Assembly: GCF_009734345.1 (NCBI RefSeq)
Contig: NZ_CP032551.1
Span: 720,001-752,000 of the forward strand
Direction: 5' to 3'
Origin: Pseudidiomarina andamanensis
Lineage (GTDB): Bacteria > Pseudomonadota > Gammaproteobacteria > Enterobacterales > Alteromonadaceae
Length of the DNA stretch: 32,000 nt
The notes under the pieces were generated by a model. It saw only the letters and a list, made by a program, of their open reading frames with translations. It was not told where the DNA came from and made no database searches. Both the position numbers and the translations under genes were made by a program. Of the stretch, positions 1 to 8,525 are shown piece by piece. Position 1 is the first letter of the stretch; each line of letters starts with the position of its first letter.

Positions 1-306
1 AGCCATATTCGCAACTTCTTGAGTGCGAATGGTCATGGTGACGTCTTCGCCTTCTAGAATAATATGGGTGAGTTCCGGATCTTCTTCGACATCAAACTTC
101 ACATCCAAAGAACCAGCTAGCGCCACCAAGCTCTCTTCATCGTCAGCCGCAAATCCGTGATGCAATGCTGCGAGGGCGAGTACGCGGTAAATTGCTCCGC
201 TGTCGAGTAAGTGCCAACCGAGTTGATCAGCTAAAATTCGACTGACGGTTCCTTTACCTGAGCCGCTTGGGCCATCAATAGTGATAACAGGTGTGTTTTT
301 GGTCAT
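1..306 (-). CDS. cmk: cytidylate kinase, N-terminal 102 codons (3' end lies beyond the window start)
   Basis: Absent from the ORF track because it runs off the edge. The reverse complement of 306..1 reads [52 protein letters not shown]... with no stop. It carries the P-loop GPSGSGKG and an LLDSGAIYR block typical of cytidylate kinase. GAGGA (revcomp of 311-315) lies 4 nt upstream of the ATG at 304-306. The gene sits downstream of aroA, as in many gammaproteobacteria. Confidence 0.85.
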   Translation of the reverse strand, partial: MTKNTPVITIDGPSGSGKGTVSRILADQLGWHLLDSGAIYRVLALAALHHGFAADDEESLVALAGSLDVKFDVEEDPELTHIILEGEDVTMTIRTQEVANMA

Positions 307-392
307 GCGATCCTCTACCAAATAAAAGCGCCGCAATTATACGGATCTGGCAGAAAATTGCACCCTAAATTGGTGAACGTTCCGTGATATCT

Positions 393-1700
393 CTATGAAG
401 ATTGCGTGATCGCACAAAATTCATCGAAGAACTTTGGATAGGTTTTTGAACAACAATTTGGATCTAAGATCGTAACGCCGGCTGTGCTAAACCCTAACAA
501 TGCAAAGCACATCGCCATGCGATGATCGTTATAAGTGGCTATTTCTGCATGCTTGATTTCGTCTGGTGGTGTCACCGAAATCGCATCTTCGGTCTCCACC
601 ACGTGGGCACCAACTTTACGCAATTCATTAGCCATCGCTTCAAGTCGATCGGTTTCTTTAATACGCCAATTCGCAATGTTACGAATATGGGTGGTACCTT
701 TGGCGAACAACGCGAGTGTTGCAAACGTCATGGCTGCATCCGGAATTGCATTTAAATCGGCATCCAATGCGCGCAACTCACCGCGTTTAACGGTAATTGA
801 ATGCGGCGAAACCTCGACATCGGCACCCATTTCCGCCAAATAATCAGCGAACTTAACATCGCCTTGAATACTTTCACTACCCACGCCATGAACAGTTAAC
901 GGGCCTTCGCCAATAGCTGCCGCGGCCAACCAGTACGAGGCGGCACTCGCATCACCCTCAACCCAATAATCACCCGGGCTCTGATAGGTTTGCTGCCCTG
1001 GAATTAAAAATTCCTGACGGCAAATACGATGTACTTCTATACCGAAGCGCTTCAACATCGAAAGCGTCAATTCAATATAGGGCCAGGAAACAACCGTACC
1101 GGTAAGCTCCAGCACACTATCTTGCTCAAGCAATGGTAATGCCATCAGCATGGCCGAAATGTATTGACTTGAGGCGCTGCCATCAATGGTCAACATACCG
1201 CCTTGTAGGCCACCCTTCAGTTCAATTGGCGGGTACCCCTCGTGCTGCAAACAAGTCAGCTCCGCACCGCCAGCACGCAGTGCCTCGACTAATGCATGCA
1301 CTGGGCGCTCCTGCATGCGGGCATCCCCGGTAAGAATACAAGCGTGCCCTTCCAAGGTAGCACTGAGAACCGCCAACAATGGTCGCATCGCGGTACCCGC
1401 ATTACCTAAATCCAAGGCTTTAGGTTGCTGCGACCACTTGCCACCACAACCAATCACTTTTATGGTCGTACTAGTTTCATCCGCAACGTCAATTGCAACG
1501 CCAAGCTCGATTAATGCCTCGAGCATGCGTTCAGTGTCGTCACTACGCAGTACATTAGTTAATGTTGTGTTTTGCCCGTCAGCACAGAGTGCCGCCATCA
1601 ATAAGGCACGATTCGCAATACTTTTTGAGCCTGGCAGTGTCACATCACCGTGACACTGTTGCAGGTTTTGAAGTGTTATTGATGGGGAGCCTGAGGTCAT
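393..1700 (-). CDS. aroA: 3-phosphoshikimate 1-carboxyvinyltransferase (EPSP synthase, class I)
   Basis: 435-aa ORF with LPGSKSIANRALL, LGNAGTAMRPL, WRIKETDR and ATYNDHRMAMCF blocks. It is collinear with E. coli AroA as I recall it. ATG at 1698-1700. Confidence 0.95.
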   Translation of the reverse strand: MTSGSPSITLQNLQQCHGDVTLPGSKSIANRALLMAALCADGQNTTLTNVLRSDDTERMLEALIELGVAIDVADETSTTIKVIGCGGKWSQQPKALDLGNAGTAMRPLLAVLSATLEGHACILTGDARMQERPVHALVEALRAGGAELTCLQHEGYPPIELKGGLQGGMLTIDGSASSQYISAMLMALPLLEQDSVLELTGTVVSWPYIELTLSMLKRFGIEVHRICRQEFLIPGQQTYQSPGDYWVEGDASAASYWLAAAAIGEGPLTVHGVGSESIQGDVKFADYLAEMGADVEVSPHSITVKRGELRALDADLNAIPDAAMTFATLALFAKGTTHIRNIANWRIKETDRLEAMANELRKVGAHVVETEDAISVTPPDEIKHAEIATYNDHRMAMCFALLGFSTAGVTILDPNCCSKTYPKFFDEFCAITQSS

Positions 1701-1709
1701 CTTAAGGTG

Positions 1710-2810
1710 CTATAGAATCGTTTTCATGGCATCAATGAACGCTTGGTTTTCGCTTGGCAATCCAATACTGACGCGCAAATGATTCGGCAACTGATAGCCC
1801 GCAACCGGACGCACAATCACGCCAGCACGGAGGAGTTTTTGATACATGTCGCCTGCTTCCGGGCCAACTTCAATGGTTAAGAAGTTGCCGTGCGAAGGAA
1901 TATAGTTCAAACCATTATCTTCACAGAAAGCAACAAGTTGCTGCATGCCTTCTTTATTCACGCGAATGGATTCAGCTAAATACTCCTCATCATCCAACAC
2001 GACTTCTGCCGCGCGTAAACTCAGGCTATTCATATTGAATGGCTGACGAATACGATTCATTAAATCGGCAACTTCTGGATGCGAAATTGCATACCCTGCA
2101 CGCAAACCAGCTAAACCATAGGCTTTCGAGAATGTCCGACTAACAATCAAATTTGGGTATTTCGCAACCCACTCAACCGACGGTGCACGCTCTGCTTCGT
2201 CGACATATTCGTAGTAGGCTTCATCAAGAACCACCAAGATATTGCTTGGTACTTGCGCAATAAAATCAGCCAGCGCTTCGGTACTTAAAAATGTACCCGT
2301 TGGGTTATTTGGATTCGCGATAAAAATCATCCGCGTTTTCGGCGTAATCGCCTTTAACATCGCTGGTAAATCATGCCCATAATCTTTCGCTGGAACCGCT
2401 ACGCCAGTCGCACCAATCGCCTGTGTCACCAGTGGGTACACCACAAACGCGTGCTGCGCAAAAATCACCTCATGGCTAGCATCAACAAACGTGCGAGCCA
2501 ATAGCTCAAGCACATCATTCGAGCCATTACCTAAAGTGATTTGATTCGTATGAACGCCAAACTTGCTCGCTAACTTGCTTTTCAAGTAAAAGCCATTGGC
2601 ATCTGGGTAGCGAGCTAAACCGTTCAGCGTATCTTGCAATGCAGCTTTTACCTTCGCACTCAAACCAAGTGGATTCTCATTCGAAGCCAGCTTCACAATA
2701 TTCTTAATTCCAAGCTCACGCTCTACTTCTTCAATGGGCTTGCCCGCTTGATAAGGGCTTAAGTTACGAACCCCAGGGTTCGCTAATTCTTTGGCATTAA
2801 ATTCAGTCAT
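1710..2810 (-). CDS. hisC: HisC-family (class II) aminotransferase, annotated histidinol-phosphate aminotransferase
   Basis: 366-aa ORF with SNENPLG near the N-terminus and the PLP-lysine block SRTFSKAYGLAGLRAGY. It stops 9 nt before the aroA start. Substrate (histidinol-phosphate versus aromatic) cannot be decided from sequence context alone. Confidence 0.88.
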   Translation of the reverse strand: MTEFNAKELANPGVRNLSPYQAGKPIEEVERELGIKNIVKLASNENPLGLSAKVKAALQDTLNGLARYPDANGFYLKSKLASKFGVHTNQITLGNGSNDVLELLARTFVDASHEVIFAQHAFVVYPLVTQAIGATGVAVPAKDYGHDLPAMLKAITPKTRMIFIANPNNPTGTFLSTEALADFIAQVPSNILVVLDEAYYEYVDEAERAPSVEWVAKYPNLIVSRTFSKAYGLAGLRAGYAISHPEVADLMNRIRQPFNMNSLSLRAAEVVLDDEEYLAESIRVNKEGMQQLVAFCEDNGLNYIPSHGNFLTIEVGPEAGDMYQKLLRAGVIVRPVAGYQLPNHLRVSIGLPSENQAFIDAMKTIL

Positions 2811-2816
2811 AGAAAT

Positions 2817-2887
2817 CGTTACTCGTTGTTCGTTACTCGTTATTGGTTTTCATTCATCGAATAACGACTAACGAATAACCAATAACG
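2817..2887. repeat. imperfect palindrome built from 7-bp units (CGTTNNT x4, 11-nt loop, complementary AATAACG-type units x4)
   Basis: Left arm 2817-2846 is cgttact cgttgtt cgttact cgttatt gg. Right arm 2858-2887 is cgaataa cgactaa cgaataa ccaataa cg. 25 of 30 positions are complementary by my alignment. The element fills the serC-hisC spacer. Confidence 0.75.
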
Positions 2888-2898
2888 CTTTTATGTTT

Positions 2899-3981
2899 TT
2901 AGGCCTTGCGCTCGAATTCGCGCATAAATTCAACCAACGCATCCACCCCAGCCATCGGCATCGCATTATAAATACTCGCGCGCATACCACCGACAAAACG
3001 GTGCCCTTTTAGCCCCAGCAGCCCAGCTTGTTCTGCTTGCTTTAAGAAATCACCGTCAAGGCGTTCGTCAGCTAGCAAGAATGGTACGTTCATAATCGAA
3101 CGATAGTTAGGGTGAACTGGGTTACTGTAGAAGTCAGAACTGTCAATATATTGATACAGCTTGCTGGCTTTGGCGTGGTTCATTCGCCCCATAGCCTCAA
3201 CACCACCTTGGCGCTTGAGCCACTGGAAAACCAGCGCAGACAAATACCAAGCGAAAGTATTTGGGGTGTTATACATTGAGCGTTCTTTGGCCTGAACGGT
3301 GTAATCCATAATCGTCGAGGTATTGCCTTGGGCATGGCCAAGTAGGTCATCACGGACAATCGCAATCGCAAATCCAGACGGACCAATGTTCTTTTGAGCG
3401 CCGGCGTAAATCACACCAAAGCGGCTAACATCGAGCGGTTCAGAGAGGATGTTAGAGGACATGTCTGCGACAATTGGCGCATTCACATCAGGAATCCCAT
3501 GCAACGCAATGCCATCAACCGTTTCGTTCGGACAATAGTGAAAATACGCCGCATTGTCTGACAATTGCCAGCTTTCGCGTGGCGCTAATGCTTTGCCCTG
3601 CTCGGTTTGCACTGACGCACCAACAACATTCACCTGTTGCACGTATTTTTGCGCTTCGCGAATGGCAAAATCAGACCAAATACCACAATTCAAATAATCG
3701 ACTGTGGCGTTTGGCCCCGCAATATTTTGCGGCACGGCGCTAAACTGACCACGGCCACCGCCGTGCATAAATAGCACTTGGTAGTTGTTCGGTATTGCCA
3801 TCAAATCGCGCAAGTCTTGCTCGGCTTGCTCGGCCATCCGAATAAAAATCGGATCACGATGACTAATTTCCATCACTGAAATGCCCAGGTTGTTCCAATT
3901 TAGGAACTCTTCCTGAGCTTGTTTCATGACCTCTGCCGGCAGCATTGCCGGCCCCGCAGAAAAGTTAAACGGGGCACTCAT
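2899..3981 (-). CDS. serC: phosphoserine aminotransferase
   Basis: The ORF track gives 2899..3996. I prefer the ATG at 3979-3981 ([15 protein letters not shown]...) because GAGGA (revcomp of 3990-3994) lies 8 nt upstream and this N-terminus matches E. coli SerC (..FNFSSGPAMLP). PLP-lysine block [13 protein letters not shown]-terminal [12 protein letters not shown]. Confidence 0.93.
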   Translation of the reverse strand: MSAPFNFSAGPAMLPAEVMKQAQEEFLNWNNLGISVMEISHRDPIFIRMAEQAEQDLRDLMAIPNNYQVLFMHGGGRGQFSAVPQNIAGPNATVDYLNCGIWSDFAIREAQKYVQQVNVVGASVQTEQGKALAPRESWQLSDNAAYFHYCPNETVDGIALHGIPDVNAPIVADMSSNILSEPLDVSRFGVIYAGAQKNIGPSGFAIAIVRDDLLGHAQGNTSTIMDYTVQAKERSMYNTPNTFAWYLSALVFQWLKRQGGVEAMGRMNHAKASKLYQYIDSSDFYSNPVHPNYRSIMNVPFLLADERLDGDFLKQAEQAGLLGLKGHRFVGGMRASIYNAMPMAGVDALVEFMREFERKA

Positions 3982-3985
3982 GCAA

Positions 3986-6640
3986 TTAATCCTCACTTAC
4001 ATCGTCAGTCGCTACGTCATCATCCGCATCGTCGTCTAAAGGCTCGCTTGTGTCCTCGCCTTCTACCGGCTCGTTCAACAGCGCATCAGTTTCATCATCT
4101 TCGTCAACTTCATCAATACGCTGCATGCCAACAACTTGTTCATCGGCACCGGTACGAATCAAGCGCACACCTTGGGTATTCCGGCCAACAATCGACACTT
4201 CACTAACACGGGTACGTACCAGCGTACCTTTATTACTGATAAGCATGATTTGGTTCGCTTCAACCACTTCCATGGCGCCAACCACTTGGCCATTGCGCTC
4301 GCTGACTTTAATTGAAACAACACCTTTAGTTGCTCGGCTCTTCGCTGGATAATCAGTGATTGGTGTACGCTTACCGTAACCATTTTCGGTTACTGTCAGA
4401 ATACACGGCACTTCTTCTTCAATGGTACGCGGTACAATAAGTGATACCACGCTCTGGCCTTCACCGAGGCGAATACCACGGACACCAGTAGCGGTACGAC
4501 CCATTGAACGAACTTGATCTTCACTAAAGCGCACCACTTTACCGCCGTCAGAGAACAACATGATCTCATCGCCTGCAGTGGTCACATCTACACCGATCAA
4601 CTCATCACCGTCATTCAGGTTCAACGCAATGATACCGCCACTGCGCGGACGCGAGTAGGCTTCCATAGGCGTCTTCTTCACCGTACCTTTACGCGTTGCC
4701 ATCACAATGTACTTATCTTCTGGGTAGTCACGCGTTGGCAAGATAGCGGTGATTCGCTCGCCCTCTTCCAATGGCAGCAAGTTCACAATAGGTCGACCAC
4801 GCGCGGTGCGCGTAGCGAGTGGCAAGTTGTAAACTTTCATCCAGTAAATACGGCCGCGGGTCGAGAAGCACAAAATCGTATCGTGCGTATTAGCAACCCA
4901 TAGGCGTTCAATAAAGTCTTCGTCTTTCATCTTAGTAGCTGATTTACCCTTGCCACCACGACGTTGCGCTTCATATTCTGTTAACGGCTGATATTTCACG
5001 TAACCATGGTGTGACAAGGTCACAACCACGTCTTCTTCATTAATCAAATCTTCCATGCTGATATCGTGCGCAGCTGCGGTGATTTCGGTACGGCGCGCAT
5101 CGCCATATTCCGCTTTCACTTTTTCGAGCTCTTCACGAATCACTTCCATCAAACGCTCAGCGCTATTCAAGATGTGCAGCAATTCTTCAATTTGTTGTAG
5201 CAGGTTCTTGTATTCTTCAAGAATTTTCTCGTGCTCAAGACCAGTTAATTTGTGTAAACGCAAATCAAGAATGGCTTGGGCTTGTTCTTCCGTCAGATAA
5301 TACTGACCATCGCGAATACCAAATTCAGCGCTTAAGTGATCTGGACGCGCCGCATCAACACCAGCGCGCTCAAGCATCGCCGCTACATCTCCCAACTGCC
5401 ATGCACGGCTAGTTAAGCCAGCTTTCGCATCAGCAGCGGTTTGTGAACGACGAATCAGTTCAATCACTTCATCGATATTGGCAAGCGCAATCGCTAAACC
5501 TTCTAAGATATGAGCACGTTCGCGCGCTTTGCGTAATTCATACACCGAGCGACGTGTCACCACTTCACGACGGTGCAGAATAAAGCATTCCAACATATCG
5601 CGAAGGTTAAACAAGCGTGGTTGGTTTTTATCCAGTGCCACCATGTTAATACCGAACACCACTTGCATTTGGGTGTTGGCATATAAATGGTTCAAGATAA
5701 CTTCAGAAACTTCACCACGTTTCAGCTCAATAACAATGCGCATGCCGTCTTTGTCTGACTCATCACGCAAACCACTGATACCTTCGAGGCGTTTTTCTTT
5801 CACCAGCTCAGCGATTTTTTCAATCAACTTCGCTTTATTAACCTGATACGGAATTTCCGTGACAATAATCGCTTCGCGACCATTACTATCGGTTTCAATT
5901 TCCGCTTTCGCGCGTAAATGAATACGACCACGACCGGTTTTATAAGCCTCAATAATGCCAGCACGGCCAGAAATACTTGCTGCCGTTGGGAAGTCTGGCC
6001 CTGGGATATATTCCATCAATTCATCAATTTGAATATCCGGATTATCAATCATTGCCAAGCAACCATTCACAACTTCGGTTAAGTTGTGTGGCGGAATATT
6101 GGTTGCCATACCCACAGCAATACCTGATGAACCGTTTACTAACAGGTTCGGTACGCGGGTTGGTAATACTTCAGGAATTTGTTCCGTGCCATCGTAGTTT
6201 GGCACAAAGTCGACAGTCTCTTTGTCGAGATCGGAGAGTAATTCGCTGGCAATTTTTGCCATTCTGATTTCGGTATAACGCATGGCTGCTGCGGAGTCAC
6301 CGTCAACGGAACCAAAGTTACCTTGGCCATCAACCAGCATATAACGCAGCGAGAACGGCTGTGCCATACGAACAATGGTGTCGTACACGGCACTATCACC
6401 ATGCGGGTGATATTTACCAATCACATCACCAACAATACGCGCTGACTTTTTATATGGCTTGTTGAAATCATTGCGTAGTTCATTCATCGCGAATAACACG
6501 CGACGGTGAACTGGCTTGAGACCATCACGTACATCCGGCAATGCCCGACCTACAATTACACTCATGGCGTAATCGAGGTATGAACTTTTCAGCTCATCTT
6601 CAATATTGACCGGAACGACTTCTCTGGCGAGATCACTCAT
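3986..6640 (-). CDS. gyrA: DNA gyrase subunit A
   Basis: The ORF track starts at 6694. The conserved N-terminus [48 protein letters not shown] begins at the ATG at 6638-6640. It has the QRDR block [18 protein letters not shown], the catalytic-Tyr block AAMRYTE, and an acidic C-terminal tail. The stop TAA at 3986-3988 lies 4 nt before the serC start. Confidence 0.95.
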   Translation of the reverse strand: MSDLAREVVPVNIEDELKSSYLDYAMSVIVGRALPDVRDGLKPVHRRVLFAMNELRNDFNKPYKKSARIVGDVIGKYHPHGDSAVYDTIVRMAQPFSLRYMLVDGQGNFGSVDGDSAAAMRYTEIRMAKIASELLSDLDKETVDFVPNYDGTEQIPEVLPTRVPNLLVNGSSGIAVGMATNIPPHNLTEVVNGCLAMIDNPDIQIDELMEYIPGPDFPTAASISGRAGIIEAYKTGRGRIHLRAKAEIETDSNGREAIIVTEIPYQVNKAKLIEKIAELVKEKRLEGISGLRDESDKDGMRIVIELKRGEVSEVILNHLYANTQMQVVFGINMVALDKNQPRLFNLRDMLECFILHRREVVTRRSVYELRKARERAHILEGLAIALANIDEVIELIRRSQTAADAKAGLTSRAWQLGDVAAMLERAGVDAARPDHLSAEFGIRDGQYYLTEEQAQAILDLRLHKLTGLEHEKILEEYKNLLQQIEELLHILNSAERLMEVIREELEKVKAEYGDARRTEITAAAHDISMEDLINEEDVVVTLSHHGYVKYQPLTEYEAQRRGGKGKSATKMKDEDFIERLWVANTHDTILCFSTRGRIYWMKVYNLPLATRTARGRPIVNLLPLEEGERITAILPTRDYPEDKYIVMATRKGTVKKTPMEAYSRPRSGGIIALNLNDGDELIGVDVTTAGDEIMLFSDGGKVVRFSEDQVRSMGRTATGVRGIRLGEGQSVVSLIVPRTIEEEVPCILTVTENGYGKRTPITDYPAKSRATKGVVSIKVSERNGQVVGAMEVVEANQIMLISNKGTLVRTRVSEVSIVGRNTQGVRLIRTGADEQVVGMQRIDEVDEDDETDALLNEPVEGEDTSEPLDDDADDDVATDDVSED

Positions 6641-6782
6641 AGTAGTTATATCCCTAAACGCTCTGTCTTTCTTATAATTCGTACGATAGCGCATTGTACC
6701 CGTAGCGAGCTGCTATCGCATCTTTTTTTATCCCTGTAGGTTGAGTACACTGTACCGACTTTTAAGCCGTAGCAGAAGCCCT

Positions 6783-7493
6783 ATGACCGCAAATTCGAAC
6801 GTTGATCCAGCAGAAATTGAAAAATTTAGTGCCATCGCCTCCCGTTGGTGGGACCCAGAAGGCGAATTCAAACCACTACACCTTATAAATCCACTGCGCC
6901 TTGATTATATTTTGCGCCATTGTGATGGTGTTTTTGGTCAACGCGTCCTTGATATTGGCTGTGGCGGCGGCTTATTGGCGGAAGGCTTGGCGAAAGCCGG
7001 TGCTACCGTCACCGGTATTGATATGGCAGAACAATCGTTGCAAGTGGCGCGTTTACACGCCTTAGAGAGCCAACTGCAAATTGATTATCAGTGCATTCCT
7101 GCTGAGCAGTTTGCGAGCGAGCACCGCGAACAGTTTGACGTGGTCACCTGTTTAGAAATGCTCGAACACGTGCCTGACCCCAGTGCTATTGTGCAAGCCG
7201 CGGCTGATTCGGTGAAGCCAGGTGGTTACGTATTTTTTTCAACGTTGAACCGAAACGTGAAATCGTGGTTATTAGGTATTGTTGCTGCTGAATATGTATT
7301 GGGTTGGGTGCCAAAAGGCACGCATCAACATCAAAAATTTATTCAGCCGGCTGAATTACTGCGTATGACCGATGCCGCAGGGCTAGAGGCGCAAACCATG
7401 ACCGGTATGCATTATTTGCCATGGCGCGGTTTTTATCTTGATGATTCGAATGTGGATGTGAATTACATCGTATGCCTACACAAACCAAAGTAG
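6783..7493 (+). CDS. ubiG: bifunctional 2-polyprenyl-6-hydroxyphenol / 3-demethylubiquinol 3-O-methyltransferase
   Basis: The track ORF starts at a TTG at 6741. The ATG at 6783 ([40 protein letters not shown]) gives the canonical UbiG N-terminus. SAM motif [23 protein letters not shown]. Divergent from gyrA, as in E. coli. Confidence 0.92.
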   Translation: MTANSNVDPAEIEKFSAIASRWWDPEGEFKPLHLINPLRLDYILRHCDGVFGQRVLDIGCGGGLLAEGLAKAGATVTGIDMAEQSLQVARLHALESQLQIDYQCIPAEQFASEHREQFDVVTCLEMLEHVPDPSAIVQAAADSVKPGGYVFFSTLNRNVKSWLLGIVAAEYVLGWVPKGTHQHQKFIQPAELLRMTDAAGLEAQTMTGMHYLPWRGFYLDDSNVDVNYIVCLHKPK

Positions 7494-8146
7494 TACCGCC
7501 GAAAGCGGTGTTGTTTGATCTCGATGGTACATTATTAGATACCGCACCTGATTTGGGCGCCGCATTAAATACCGTGTTAGCAGCCGAGCAACGACCGTTG
7601 GTTAGCGCCGCCGAATATACGCCACTGGCTTCGCATGGCTCTGCTGGTTTATTGCGTTACGCTTACGGTGATGAATTTGAACACCGTCGCGACGAGTTAC
7701 GCCAAGCATTTTTAACCGCCTATGCTGAACAGATTGCTGTGCATACGCAGTTATTTGACGGTGTTGCCAATTTACTCGAGCAGCTAAACCAGCAACAAAT
7801 AGCGGTAGCCATTGTGACCAACAAGCCTCACGCACTCACCCAACAATTAGTGCCACAGTATCCACAACTAGCCGGTATAAAAGTGGTCGTGAGTGGCGAT
7901 ACACTACCAGTGGCTAAGCCAGATCCCGCACCATTGCTTTATGCGGCAACTCATCTTGGTATTAAAGCTGAGCACTGTTGGTACGTTGGTGATGCCGAAC
8001 GCGATATTGAAGCCGGTCGGCGTGCCAATATGTTCACCGTGTTAGCTGAATACGGCTATATCAGTGTGACTGACGACACGCTTGCTTGGGGTGCACATGC
8101 AAAAATTTCGCACCCGCTTGACCTTCCGCGATTGTGGTCGAATTAA
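7472..8146 (+). CDS. HAD-IA family phosphatase (phosphoglycolate phosphatase / MupP-like)
   Basis: 224-aa ORF with HAD motif [11 protein letters not shown], motif II VTNKP and motif III/IV K..(x)..[12 protein letters not shown]. The ATG at 7472 overlaps the ubiG 3' end by 22 nt, and an in-frame GTG at 7508 is an alternative start. A HAD phosphatase directly after ubiG is the arrangement described for Pseudomonas mupP. Confidence 0.78.
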   Translation: MPTQTKVVPPKAVLFDLDGTLLDTAPDLGAALNTVLAAEQRPLVSAAEYTPLASHGSAGLLRYAYGDEFEHRRDELRQAFLTAYAEQIAVHTQLFDGVANLLEQLNQQQIAVAIVTNKPHALTQQLVPQYPQLAGIKVVVSGDTLPVAKPDPAPLLYAATHLGIKAEHCWYVGDAERDIEAGRRANMFTVLAEYGYISVTDDTLAWGAHAKISHPLDLPRLWSN

Positions 8147-8153
8147 CCAATTA

Positions 8154-8169
8154 ACACTATATCTTGTGG
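8154..8169 (+). promoter_or_regulatory. NrdR-box-like 16-mer (distal), ACACTATATCTTGTGG
   Basis: Close to the published NrdR palindrome (roughly acaCwAtATaTwGtgt). It shares an exact 11-mer ATATCTTGTGG with the box at 8467-8482. A weaker copy (CATCAAGATCTTGTAA, 8185-8200) starts 31 bp downstream. It lies about 355 bp upstream of nrdA, so function is uncertain. Confidence 0.45.
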
Positions 8170-8424
8170 GTGAGCCTGTTCACCCATCAAGATCTTGTAA
8201 ACGCCTTGTTATACGTGCCTTATAAAATTGTTATCTGAACATTGCATTTAACAGACAAAAAAATAATAAGAAAAAATTTTTTCCTGCTTGATTTTCCTAA
8301 GTCGCTTTATTGACAAGCGTTTTAGCGAAAGCCCCTACTTCACCTGCTCATTTACACCTATTTTTTCACGCTAATTTCACTTGATCAGCGTACGATAAGT
8401 GCTAGGATACAGGTCATTCAGCTA

Positions 8425-8440
8425 ACCCAAGATATTGTGT
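8425..8440 (+). promoter_or_regulatory. NrdR box (proximal 1), ACCCAAGATATTGTGT
   Basis: Its reverse complement ACACAATATCTTGGGT matches the distal box at 13/16 positions and fits the NrdR consensus. It lies about 85 bp upstream of the nrdA start, just downstream of a possible TTGATC(8391-8396)-16 nt-TAGGAT(8413-8418) promoter. Confidence 0.6.
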
Positions 8441-8466
8441 AAAAAACGCACGAGCGACGTCCTGTC

Positions 8467-8482
8467 GCACCATATCTTGTGG
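8467..8482 (+). promoter_or_regulatory. NrdR box (proximal 2), GCACCATATCTTGTGG
   Basis: Matches the NrdR consensus. It starts 42 bp (about 4 helical turns) after proximal box 1 and lies 44 bp upstream of the nrdA ATG. Confidence 0.6.
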
Positions 8483-8525
8483 CTACATAAAAAACACATA
8501 ACAACAACGACTATGGATGCGCCTC

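Noticed and set aside
336-341. Perfect TATAAT (minus strand) about 30 nt upstream of the cmk start, as a possible internal cmk promoter.
   Set aside because: There is no acceptable -35 hexamer or extended -10 TG at the right spacing. It could be chance in an AT-rich spacer, so I do not call it.
1186-1653. Many 60-155-aa ORFs antisense to or out of frame with the large genes (for example 1186..1653, 4514..4903, 5529..5846, 9574..9882, 15836..16114, 24062..24493, 25603..25926, 26932..27318, 29145..29561).
   Set aside because: All lie wholly inside confidently identified conserved genes. Their compositions are odd (Arg/Ser/His/Cys-rich) and they have no recognisable motifs or translation signals. 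I treat them as shadow ORFs.
3982-3996. Longer starts offered by the ORF track for several genes: serC (3996), gyrA (6694), ubiG (TTG 6741), nrdA (8517), yfaE (GTG 12002), the CBS protein (16922), the beta-propeller (24944) and the lipid kinase (TTG 28317).
   Set aside because: In each case an internal ATG reproduces the conserved N-terminus or signal peptide, and usually has a better Shine-Dalgarno. The extensions add non-conserved residues or overlap the neighbouring gene.
6684-6729. Inverted repeat CGATAGC...GCTATCG followed by CATCTTTTTTT in the gyrA-ubiG divergent region, which looks like a plus-strand terminator.
   Set aside because: The stem is only 7 bp with a 21-nt loop, and there is no upstream plus-strand gene to terminate. 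It sits where the divergent promoters must be. I could not define the promoters reliably, so no feature is called.
8270-8283. Perfect palindrome GAAAAAATTTTTTC in the nrdA upstream region, considered as a terminator or protein-binding site.
   Set aside because: An A6/T6 stem has negligible stability and there is no GC clamp. It more likely reflects an AT-rich bent or UP-like region. It is mentioned only within the nrdA leader finding.
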